NCBI GenBank assembly: GCA_024280435.1 | Contig: JAJRQD010000018.1 | Coordinates: forward strand, 3,868-27,867 | Reading direction: 5' to 3' | From: an archaeon | GTDB lineage: Archaea; Asgardarchaeota; Heimdallarchaeia; Heimdallarchaeales; Kariarchaeaceae | Length of the DNA: 24,000 bases | Shown here: positions 1-7,428 of the stretch, piece by piece | Position numbering within the stretch: the first letter of the stretch is position 1 | Layout: every line of letters starts with the position of its first letter | Notes under the pieces: generated by a model | What the model saw: the letters and a program-made list of their open reading frames with translations, nothing else | What the model was told of the DNA's origin: nothing | The model's database searches: none | Program-made: the position numbers and the translations under genes

Positions 1-1
1 T

Positions 2-622
2 GATTTGGTTGGTTTTGGTAACTTTATAAAATTAGCAAAGAGCAATGATGTTTTAATTATCAGGTATAATGAGGAAAAAGAAGAACTAGAGTTAATTCTA
101 GAATCATCCAATATGAAAAGAAGCGCTTCTCTCAGATTACTTGAGAACAAAGGTGATCAAGAATCAAATTACAGGTTTATGAATATATTAGGAAGAGAGT
201 TTCATTCTAATTCTAAGTTTGATGCATCCTATCTTATTGAGGCGATTAAAGTTGCCACTTTTGGTGAAGGTGGAGTAGAGATAACACATGATAAAACAGG
301 TATCAGAATTGTTGTGAGTGCAGAGTTCAGTAGTACAACTGCGGAGGCAAAAATAATTTATGATGAGGAGAATTTCAAGGATATCAATATTCACACCGGT
401 ATTGCAAAGGTCAATAATGCGATGATAGAGCTACCTGAAAAGCATATTGCTAATTTTGATCTTGAGGTTCTGAAAAGTATCCCTAAAACAATAAAAGCAG
501 GTGAAAATATCACTTTCAGTATGATGAATGAAGGTCCTTTGAGAATTGTATCAACACTCGAGGAAGGACAGGGTAGAATTGCAATAGCCTTGAGTCCAAT
601 AGTCAAAAGAGAAATGCAATGA
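2..622 (+). CDS. pcn: DNA polymerase sliding clamp PCNA, 5' end cut off by window edge
   Basis: The frame is open from base 2 with no upstream stop in the window, so about 40 N-terminal residues lie off-window. 207 aa of a roughly 245 aa clamp are visible. The C-terminal 'GPLRIVSTLEEGQGRIAIALSPIV' resembles the PCNA C-terminal strands ('..yLAPri'). A GINS gene follows directly. Confidence 0.7.
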   Translation, partial: DLVGFGNFIKLAKSNDVLIIRYNEEKEELELILESSNMKRSASLRLLENKGDQESNYRFMNILGREFHSNSKFDASYLIEAIKVATFGEGGVEITHDKTGIRIVVSAEFSSTTAEAKIIYDEENFKDINIHTGIAKVNNAMIELPEKHIANFDLEVLKSIPKTIKAGENITFSMMNEGPLRIVSTLEEGQGRIAIALSPIVKREMQ

Positions 623-630
623 ATTAGAAT

Positions 631-1191
631 TTGGGTGAGATTTTGAATATATTTGAATTAATTTATGTAGCTTGGAAAAGAGAGAGGCAGAGTCATAAAT
701 TAGAATCATTAGAAATTGATTTTTTTAGTAAAATTAGACCATATGTTACACATTTAGAATCACAATATAAAAATGAGAAAGATAATTTGGTTGCTAAATT
801 ATTCAAAAGAAGATGGGAAAGAGTTAATTATTTATTAAATGATCTGATAACAATTAGAATGAATAAGCATTTTAAAGAAAGTATCAATGATTTTGATATA
901 CCTGAGGAATTACCTGAGGAAGAGATTGCATTTAGAAAAAAACTAGATAGTATACAAAGATCATTCAGAGATGAGGTGTTGAATATCAATGATGTGAGCA
1001 TAGAATTAGTGGATGATGATGGAAATGATTATGAATTTATCATCTTCAATACTAATGAGGATACAATTGCAATTGGAACTGATTTTTGTGAGTATGGGCC
1101 TTTTAGAAAGAATGATATTGTATTGATGCCAAGAGATAATTTAAGAAATTACGTGATTAAATCAAAAGGAAATGAAATTTCAATTAATTAA
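631..1191 (+). CDS. gins51: GINS complex subunit Gins51 (Sld5/Psf1-type replication factor)
   Basis: TTG start 8 nt after the PCNA stop. The helical A-domain ('LESLEIDFFSKIRPYV', 'LLNDLITIRMNKH', 'LPEEEIAFRKKL') and the small B-domain ('IGTDFCEYGPFRKNDIVLMPRDNLRNYVIKSKGNEI') fit the archaeal Gins51 pattern as I know it. Confidence 0.65.
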   Translation: MGEILNIFELIYVAWKRERQSHKLESLEIDFFSKIRPYVTHLESQYKNEKDNLVAKLFKRRWERVNYLLNDLITIRMNKHFKESINDFDIPEELPEEEIAFRKKLDSIQRSFRDEVLNINDVSIELVDDDGNDYEFIIFNTNEDTIAIGTDFCEYGPFRKNDIVLMPRDNLRNYVIKSKGNEISIN

Positions 1192-1385
1192 AAATTATCT
1201 ACTTTTTCAATAAACTCAGCATGTAAAATACCTTTTCCACCCTGGGGTTCAATGATCAGTGCATCACATGATTCATTTTTACAATTGACTTTGATTTTAG
1301 CATGATCGAAGATAATCATTTCATGTTCACATTCGTTACATTTAACTTTGATAAAACTTGATTTTGGTTTTTGTAAATAACTCAT
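1188..1385 (-). CDS. rps27e: 30S ribosomal protein S27e (eS27)
   Basis: 65 aa with a C4 zinc ribbon, 'VKCNECEHEMIIFDHAKIKVNCKNESCDALIIEPQGGKG', typical of eS27. Its stop overlaps the GINS stop on the opposite strand (TTAA at 1188-1191). Confidence 0.85.
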   Translation of the reverse strand: MSYLQKPKSSFIKVKCNECEHEMIIFDHAKIKVNCKNESCDALIIEPQGGKGILHAEFIEKVDNF

Positions 1386-1577
1386 GAATGTTTTTAAAAC
1401 AAATTAGCAATTAAATATATTTATTGATAACAAATCTAGTGGTAGATTCAAATTATGGATCAATTAGTTCGTTCTTTCATTCAATTCACAATACTTGAGT
1501 ATAAATAAAAAAATAAGTAGTTTTCATATATACGTTAACAAATAATTTTATGATATAAATTGAAATAAGCATATATA

Positions 1578-3062
1578 ATGTCAACACCTGAAACATCACC
1601 GATCAGATTAATTATGTTCACATCAAAAGATTGCGTGTATTGTCCACCAGTTGAATCTATTGTACGAGAGGTAATTGGCAGTGGAATGCAGGAAATTGTT
1701 CATGTATCCACTATTGATATCGATGTTGATAAAGAGTCTGCATCTCAATATCATATCAATGCATTGCCAACACTTGTGATCAATGATGAAATAGTACTAG
1801 AAGGTGGTATGGAGGATGAAGCTGTTAGAGACCTCCTATGGTCAACATTGCTCAATTATGCATTCACATCAGGTGAAACAGAGGAATTAATGAAATCGGC
1901 ACTTTTAACTATTACTATGAATTCTATTGATTCTTTGAATAATACATCGATATTACGTCCATCAGTTGGGGATTATGCACATATTAGCACATATCAGTTG
2001 AATTTACTAAGTCTATACAGTCTTGATCCATTGATACCTCATTTTCTTTATCGTGCAGGTTACAAATTAGGAATGTATGGTATAATGCACCACATCTTAT
2101 TAACATTGAATCCAAGCCTTGGTAGAACACCTAAAAGAAAGATGAGATTTTCCAAACTTGGTAAAGCACTTGAATTATACTTCTCTAATAGAGAGATTTA
2201 TTCCACCAAGATTGCACATGGGGCACATGTGGTAGAGCAAACTGAGAATACAATTCATCTGAAAGTATCTGAACTGGCTTCATCATCAATTGGGATAGAT
2301 GTTGGTGAACCAATGTGTGGATTCACAGCAGGACAGTTAGCAGGTGTGACAGTAGCAGTTATGGGTACTGACGCTAGTTGTGAGGAACAGATTTGTCTGG
2401 CCAATGGAGGCGATTTTTGTTTATTCAAAATATCAATTGATCAAGCTTTTAAGAAACCAACATTACCACCCCTTGAAGACAAAGATGAGAGAACTATAAG
2501 AAAGCAAAATTTCTATGAAGTAATTCATGAAACTACTAAAATTATTGAAGATAGTTTGTTGATGCGTAAAGCTCAAAGACATAATGCAGGTGATTTTATT
2601 CATATATCTGTAATACAGCCGATAATTATTACACTCAAACTATTAGATAGATTATCAGGAGTTTTATTGTATTCCGGCGGTAGAGAATTAGGTATTTTTG
2701 GTTCAGGTAAGAATTTACTTTACAGATTAGTTGAAGAAAAAGGAAGTAATGGTATTGTATCACTTGAAGAAGGGATTAGTCTGTTATATGATTATCTAAC
2801 TCATCCTACCAGTCATTTAAGTCGAGATTATGGTAGAGTAAGATCAATAAAAATCGATGAGAAAACATATCATATTGAAATTGAGGAGAACCTCTATGTA
2901 TCGGGTATGAATGTAACAAATTTAGATAAAACATTCTGTGATTTTCAAGCTGGATTTTTTGCAGGTAGATTACAAATTTTGATAGGAACTGAGCCACAGG
3001 TAAAAGAGATCAAATGTCAGGGAAATGGAAACGATATCTGTATATTTGAAGTAAAAATCTGA
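1578..3062 (+). CDS. Thioredoxin/glutaredoxin-fold domain fused to two V4R (4-vinyl reductase-like) domains
   Basis: The N-terminus has CxxC ('DCVYCPP') plus 'ALPTLVINDE', a Trx-fold signature. Each of two halves ends in a V4R Cys pattern: 'CGFTAGQLAGV...EEQICLANGGDFCLFKI' and 'CDFQAGFFAGR...EIKCQGNGNDICIFEV'. Confidence 0.7.
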   Translation: MSTPETSPIRLIMFTSKDCVYCPPVESIVREVIGSGMQEIVHVSTIDIDVDKESASQYHINALPTLVINDEIVLEGGMEDEAVRDLLWSTLLNYAFTSGETEELMKSALLTITMNSIDSLNNTSILRPSVGDYAHISTYQLNLLSLYSLDPLIPHFLYRAGYKLGMYGIMHHILLTLNPSLGRTPKRKMRFSKLGKALELYFSNREIYSTKIAHGAHVVEQTENTIHLKVSELASSSIGIDVGEPMCGFTAGQLAGVTVAVMGTDASCEEQICLANGGDFCLFKISIDQAFKKPTLPPLEDKDERTIRKQNFYEVIHETTKIIEDSLLMRKAQRHNAGDFIHISVIQPIIITLKLLDRLSGVLLYSGGRELGIFGSGKNLLYRLVEEKGSNGIVSLEEGISLLYDYLTHPTSHLSRDYGRVRSIKIDEKTYHIEIEENLYVSGMNVTNLDKTFCDFQAGFFAGRLQILIGTEPQVKEIKCQGNGNDICIFEVKI

Positions 3063-3639
3063 ATAAATAATCATTGCCAAGCTAAAATTTTACATTCAAA
3101 TTGATTTTAGATACCGATAAGTTACTTACTAATATATATAAGTATTTAGCGCCAAATAATCAAGGCCACCATAATTTATGTTTACAGACAGATATGCAAC
3201 TATATAGAGATTAAACTGGTTTAAACTATAAAAAAATATTTTAAATAAATTTTTTAATTCTATATTTTATATAATACAAAAAAATACAATGATAATTGCT
3301 AACTAACGAAAATAGTATCTGAACCAATAATTCATCAAATTACACAAATAATACTATTCTAAGCCAATAAACAACTAATCTGGTACATAATAATACACAA
3401 ATTTATGATTTGATAACTTGTATTACAATATAATAACATTAAATTATTTGAGTACCTATCAAATTCAAGAGGAAAATGTAAATTATGGATATAAGTGGTA
3501 TCAAATCAAATATCACAATTTTTCAATATAGTATACAATTTCGTTTCTATTTCAATAAACTATTCTCGCGATTAAACCTTAATACGACATATTCTTTTTA
3601 ATACTTAGTGAGAATAAGTACAATATAGTCGAAATTTTC

Positions 3640-4215
3640 TTGGAGGAAAAATGTATTACAAGCGAAAGACGTAAAATATTCAAAATTGTGCTCTTAGGCG
3701 ATGGTGCCGTTGGAAAGACTGCACTGCGACACAGATATCTGGGGGACGGCTTCCAGCAATCATATTCAATGACCATAGGGGCTGATTTCGCTGTGAAGAG
3801 GGTCAATCTTGATGGTGAAGAGGTAGTTGCTCAGATCTGGGATCTTGCGGGTCAGATTAGATTTCAATCTGTGCGTGAGGTATATTATCAGGGGGCCACA
3901 GGAGCGTTACTAGTATTTGATATAACAAGATCACCAACTTTTGAAAATATACCCAATTGGATAACAGAGCTTTTAGATAATAATAAAAATAAGATTGTGC
4001 CAATGGTGCTTATAGGAAATAAAAGTGACCTAAGAAATACAGCAGATGGTGCGATTACATATGATGCAGGATTAGAGTATGCACAGAATTTATCTGCATG
4101 GAGCCACTTTGAGATACCTTATATTGAGACTTCAGCACTATCTGGAGATAATGTGGAATCTGGATTTGCGGTTTTACTTAGAAATATAGAAAATTTTCTA
4201 GATTCTTCAGGATAA
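3640..4215 (+). CDS. Rab-like small GTPase (Ras superfamily)
   Basis: G1 'GDGAVGKT', switch I 'TIGADF' (RabF1-like), G3 'WDLAGQ', 'YYQGATGALLVFDIT' (RabF4/5-like), G4 'GNKSDL', G5 'ETSAL'. TTG start; there is no in-frame ATG before G1. No C-terminal Cys. Confidence 0.85.
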   Translation: MEEKCITSERRKIFKIVLLGDGAVGKTALRHRYLGDGFQQSYSMTIGADFAVKRVNLDGEEVVAQIWDLAGQIRFQSVREVYYQGATGALLVFDITRSPTFENIPNWITELLDNNKNKIVPMVLIGNKSDLRNTADGAITYDAGLEYAQNLSAWSHFEIPYIETSALSGDNVESGFAVLLRNIENFLDSSG

Positions 4216-4295
4216 ACTATTTTATAATAAATTATTAACCCTACATCATTTATCGATCGATTATTATTTATAGAAAAATATGTTATTAAAGATAT

Positions 4296-4661
4296 ATGTC
4301 TAGAAGACGCCATAGATCAGTAAATGATATGGATGCATTACTACCAGATGAATTGATTGAAACATCAAGCGGATCTACTGTGAATGAATTGAAAGTAATT
4401 GTGGATCAATTAGAAGAAGAACTCAAAGATGTTATTGGGAAATATGAAGAAAAAATTGCAGATCTAACAGAAAGATTAGAATCTATTGAATCAGATTTCA
4501 AGCAAGTGATTGAAGGTTTAAAAAATGCGCAAGGCGGTGTTGCATCTACACCATCACCCGCTAGCCCAGCAACAGCAGGACCACCATCAACAGGGCCTGT
4601 AAGCCCAGCAGGACCTTCAGGACCCGTAACAGGTGGTCCAAAACCACCAAAACTAGGCTAA
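4296..4661 (+). CDS. Hypothetical coiled-coil protein with a proline-rich C-terminal tail
   Basis: 121 aa with an ATG start. Heptad-like acidic/Leu-Ile segment 'VNELKVIVDQLEEELKDVIGKYEEKIADLTERLESIESDFKQVIEGL', followed by 'STPSPASPATAGPPSTGPVSPAGPSGPVTGGPKPPKLG'. The local GC spike (about 4530-4660) is explained by Pro/Ala/Gly codons. Confidence 0.6.
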   Translation: MSRRRHRSVNDMDALLPDELIETSSGSTVNELKVIVDQLEEELKDVIGKYEEKIADLTERLESIESDFKQVIEGLKNAQGGVASTPSPASPATAGPPSTGPVSPAGPSGPVTGGPKPPKLG

Positions 4662-4799
4662 ACACTATTAAAGTAAATGCAATATTATTCAAAATGATAT
4701 TAAATATATCCCAAAGGTTAAAGATAACGAAAACATATTCTATATTAGAGAAGAATGTCTGAACAATCTTTCTCTAACCACATTTATAGGCAGGTATAA

Positions 4800-5324
4800 A
4801 TGAGTATTATAACTGATGAGCAGAGACAAACGCTTCTGAGTATGGTCGAAGACGTAGCTGGACCGGAAGTGCGAGAAGTCACCATAATTTTATTGACACA
4901 CAAGGGTGAGCTGACAGATGAGATCATTGCAGAGGAGCTAGATATAAAGTTGAATCAAGTTAGGAAGGCTCTGTATAAGTTGCATGATTTGGAGCTTGCA
5001 ACATTTAGGAGAATTAGGGATAAGACAACTGGATGGTTTATTTTTTACTGGAAATTGCATCCTGAGAAGATTACATCCTTGGTTAAGAAGAAACAGTTGA
5101 ATGTGTTGGATAAGATTCAGGCAAGATTGGAGTATGAGGAGGGAAATATGTTTTTTTCATGTTTGGAGGAAGGTTGTGAGAGGGTAACATTTCAAACTGC
5201 AATGGAGCAGGATTTTATTTGTCAGGCATGTGAGAAAAGGTTAGATTCTTTCGATAATACACAGATAGTGAGTGTACTTCAAAGAAAGGTGGAGCAGTTG
5301 AAAAAAATACTTAATATTGTTTAA
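4800..5324 (+). CDS. tfe: Transcription factor E (TFE, TFIIE-alpha homolog)
   Basis: Winged helix ('LTDEIIAEELDIKLNQVRKALYKLHDLELATFRRIRDKTTGWFIFYWKL') followed by a zinc-ribbon-like 'FFSCLEEGCERVTF...FICQACEKRL'. Confidence 0.85.
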   Translation: MSIITDEQRQTLLSMVEDVAGPEVREVTIILLTHKGELTDEIIAEELDIKLNQVRKALYKLHDLELATFRRIRDKTTGWFIFYWKLHPEKITSLVKKKQLNVLDKIQARLEYEEGNMFFSCLEEGCERVTFQTAMEQDFICQACEKRLDSFDNTQIVSVLQRKVEQLKKILNIV

Positions 5325-5404
5325 TATAGATAAAAAAGAACGGGTGATTTGATTAGGTTTATTATATCAATTGTCTATAAATAGATCAAGGATAGGTAAA
5401 TTGC

Positions 5405-6127
5405 ATGATCGATAGTGATATAATAATTGCCGAGGAATACAGGTGGGTTTTTGATAATGAGCCTACTTTTCATTTGAATGGTAATGTTTTGAAGGGTAAG
5501 GTTGGAAGAACACCGGATGGAGATAGTATTGTGATCTCAATTACGGTACCTGAATTTTACCCGATTATTAAACCAGAAATAAAAGTAGTAACAAAGATTT
5601 CACATCCAGATATTGATGAGAATATGAATTTATCATTGCAGATGATGGATGAATGGGAACCTAGTTACAGATTGAGAGATATAATTGCGAATGCACGACG
5701 TCTTTTTATTAAATCAAAAAGATCAATTAGGTCAATTAAACCATCATTACCAAAGAGATCAATACAGGTTGAAGCATCATCTAGACTTGAAGATGAGATA
5801 TTAAGATTACAAAAACAGATTACTGAGTTGAATAAACAGATCACAGATGTGAAAACAGATAAACTTAAACAGGCTGGGATACAGCAATCTGCTGCATTTA
5901 AAGTTTCTGCATTTTCGGATTTAACTGCTCAGTTAAATGCTTTAGAAGATTTAATTGAGTTATTGGAAATTAAATTTGAAGATGCAGATATAGATCAAAC
6001 TGACTTTTTCAGATTATACAGGAAGTATATTAAGGAAAAATATGTTTGCACACAAAAATTATCAAAAATTGAGGTAGATAAAAATGACGTATCAAAGAAG
6101 AACGCAAAAAGACCAATTAGACATTGA
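5405..6127 (+). CDS. vps23: ESCRT-I Vps23/Tsg101-like protein: UBC-fold UEV domain (no catalytic Cys), coiled-coil stalk and steadiness-box-like C-terminus
   Basis: UBC-fold pattern 'PEFYPIIKPEIKVVTKISHPDIDENMNLSLQMMDEWEP' with Ser where E2 enzymes carry the active Cys. Coiled coil 'LEDEILRLQKQITELNKQITDVK'. The C-terminal 'DADIDQTDFFRLYRKYIKEKYVCTQKLSKI' resembles the Tsg101/Vps23 steadiness box. Confidence 0.75.
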   Translation: MIDSDIIIAEEYRWVFDNEPTFHLNGNVLKGKVGRTPDGDSIVISITVPEFYPIIKPEIKVVTKISHPDIDENMNLSLQMMDEWEPSYRLRDIIANARRLFIKSKRSIRSIKPSLPKRSIQVEASSRLEDEILRLQKQITELNKQITDVKTDKLKQAGIQQSAAFKVSAFSDLTAQLNALEDLIELLEIKFEDADIDQTDFFRLYRKYIKEKYVCTQKLSKIEVDKNDVSKKNAKRPIRH

Positions 6128-6698
6128 AGCAGACCTTTTTTCTGCTATTGCTACAATGGACCAGTTATCGAGATATTTCGATAAGGGACTAGTAGAAGGG
6201 ACTTTATACAAGAGACAACTAAAATCATGCATATCAGATGTATTTAAATCTAGAATTCAGCTTGAGAAACTTGGATTCAATATTGGAGAATTTATCAGTA
6301 GAGAAGATCTAGAGACAAAGTATCCTGAAGGATTGAGAAGACTAAATCTTGTAGAGGGAAGTGATGGTGAATCACTTGATTTTGAGCAAATTAAAGATTT
6401 ACCAAGAAAAACAGCTGATTATGTGGCAAATGCAATTGAGTTGATAGATCTATTAAAGTTAAAAACAGTAGCCAGAGTAGAGTATATTGTGCCATTGCTT
6501 GATGAGTTAATTAGTATTACTGGAAACTTCCCTAAACTTGGAAAAGAGCATTGGATCGGTACTGAGATAGAAGGTTGGCGAGATGAGTTGAAAGATGAAA
6601 AACCAAGTATGACACTTGGAGAGGAACGATGTGAAAAACTTGAATTCGATGCAGTCAGATGGCTGAATGAGTTTAGAAGAAATTTAAAGGAGATCTAG
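6084..6698 (+). CDS. vps28: ESCRT-I subunit Vps28
   Basis: The N-terminal helix 'EADLFSAIATMDQLSRYFDKGLVEGTLYKRQLKSCISDVFKS' and the C-terminal domain 'ANAIELIDLLKLKTVARVEYIVPLLDELI...GWRDELKD...LEFDAVRWLNEFRRNL' track eukaryotic Vps28 end to end. ATG 6084 overlaps the upstream gene by 44 nt. An alternative ATG at 6156 would remove conserved residues. Confidence 0.85.
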   Translation: MTYQRRTQKDQLDIEADLFSAIATMDQLSRYFDKGLVEGTLYKRQLKSCISDVFKSRIQLEKLGFNIGEFISREDLETKYPEGLRRLNLVEGSDGESLDFEQIKDLPRKTADYVANAIELIDLLKLKTVARVEYIVPLLDELISITGNFPKLGKEHWIGTEIEGWRDELKDEKPSMTLGEERCEKLEFDAVRWLNEFRRNLKEI

Positions 6699-6702
6699 AA
6701 AA

Positions 6703-7425
6703 ATGGGTCTAAGAGACATCGAAAGAAAAATACGTGCAAATAGTGCATATCAGAGAAAAGAAGCAGAACTGCTTTTAGATGAATTAGATCAGATGATTGA
6801 GAATGTCCAGACCTTAAAAAAACAACTCAAGAAATTTGAGAAGAAACATGGTAAAGAAATTACAGATAACAAGGATTACTACATGAAAATATCTGAATTA
6901 CGGGATAATTTGGGATTACCTGAAGAATTAGGAGTTTATGATTGGAAAGATAGCCCATCTTTCAGTGATAAATTTGGTAAAAGTGATTACTATGATCAAC
7001 TTGCACATGAAATACTTGAACTTGGTAAATTCGTCATTGCAGAGACAGGTGGATTGATATCAGTTGCAGAGATAGTTTTGAAAATAAATAAAAAACGACC
7101 TGGAAAATTAGTACCACCAAGAGATATAATTAAATCGTTAGAAAAATTAATCAAAGATAAATTGATCTCACCTCTACGTAAGCTCAAATCAGGAGTGCTT
7201 ATCGCAGAATTTGTCAATATTGAGATGTCTAAAGATCAAGAGGCGGTATTTAATCTGGCATCAAGACATGGTTTCTTAACCAAAGAATCTTTGATTATTC
7301 AACTCGGTTGGAATTCAGAAAGGGCCTCTAATATACTTGAAGAGTTAGTTACCAATGGCCTTGCATTGAAAGATGAATCATATCATGAGGGTACTAAGTA
7401 TTGGTTCCCAGGTCTTGGACAGTAA
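6703..7425 (+). CDS. vps22: ESCRT-II subunit Vps22/SNF8 (EAP30 domain)
   Basis: N-terminal helix 'LKKQLKKFEKKHGKEI', then 'DYYDQLAHEILELG...ETGGLISVAEI', then a second winged helix 'LGWNSERASNILEELVTNGLALKDES...KYWFPGL'. This is the EAP30/Vps22 pattern. The start is 4 nt after the Vps28 stop. Confidence 0.85.
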   Translation: MGLRDIERKIRANSAYQRKEAELLLDELDQMIENVQTLKKQLKKFEKKHGKEITDNKDYYMKISELRDNLGLPEELGVYDWKDSPSFSDKFGKSDYYDQLAHEILELGKFVIAETGGLISVAEIVLKINKKRPGKLVPPRDIIKSLEKLIKDKLISPLRKLKSGVLIAEFVNIEMSKDQEAVFNLASRHGFLTKESLIIQLGWNSERASNILEELVTNGLALKDESYHEGTKYWFPGLGQ

Positions 7426-7428
7426 AAT

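Noticed and set aside
188-606. Two minus-strand ORFs (188-394, 391-606) inside the PCNA gene
   Set aside because: They lie entirely antisense to a well-supported CDS. Their products are low-complexity and Cys/Ser/Ile-rich with no motifs. These are typical shadow ORFs in AT-rich DNA.
3063-3639. Idea that the long AT-rich spacer near PCNA/GINS is a replication origin
   Set aside because: I could find no repeated ORB-like inverted repeats, and no adjacent orc1/cdc6 gene is in the window. AT-richness alone is uninformative in this genome.
3642-3674. GGAGG followed by an out-of-frame ATG (3651) at the start of the Rab-like GTPase gene
   Set aside because: That frame stops after 7 codons (MYYKRKT*). 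The GTPase frame with the TTG start at 3640 carries all the conserved motifs. There is no evidence for a frameshift.
2806-4313. Antisense ORFs 2806-2997, 3579-3806 and 4119-4313
   Set aside because: Each overlaps a confidently called plus-strand gene (the V4R protein or the Rab-like GTPase) or its promoter. They have no recognisable motifs and implausible composition.
4755-4799. 14-codon upstream ORF (MSEQSFSNHIYRQV*) whose stop abuts the TFE ATG
   Set aside because: It is too short and lacks supporting features. ORFs like this arise easily by chance. I record it only as a possible uORF.
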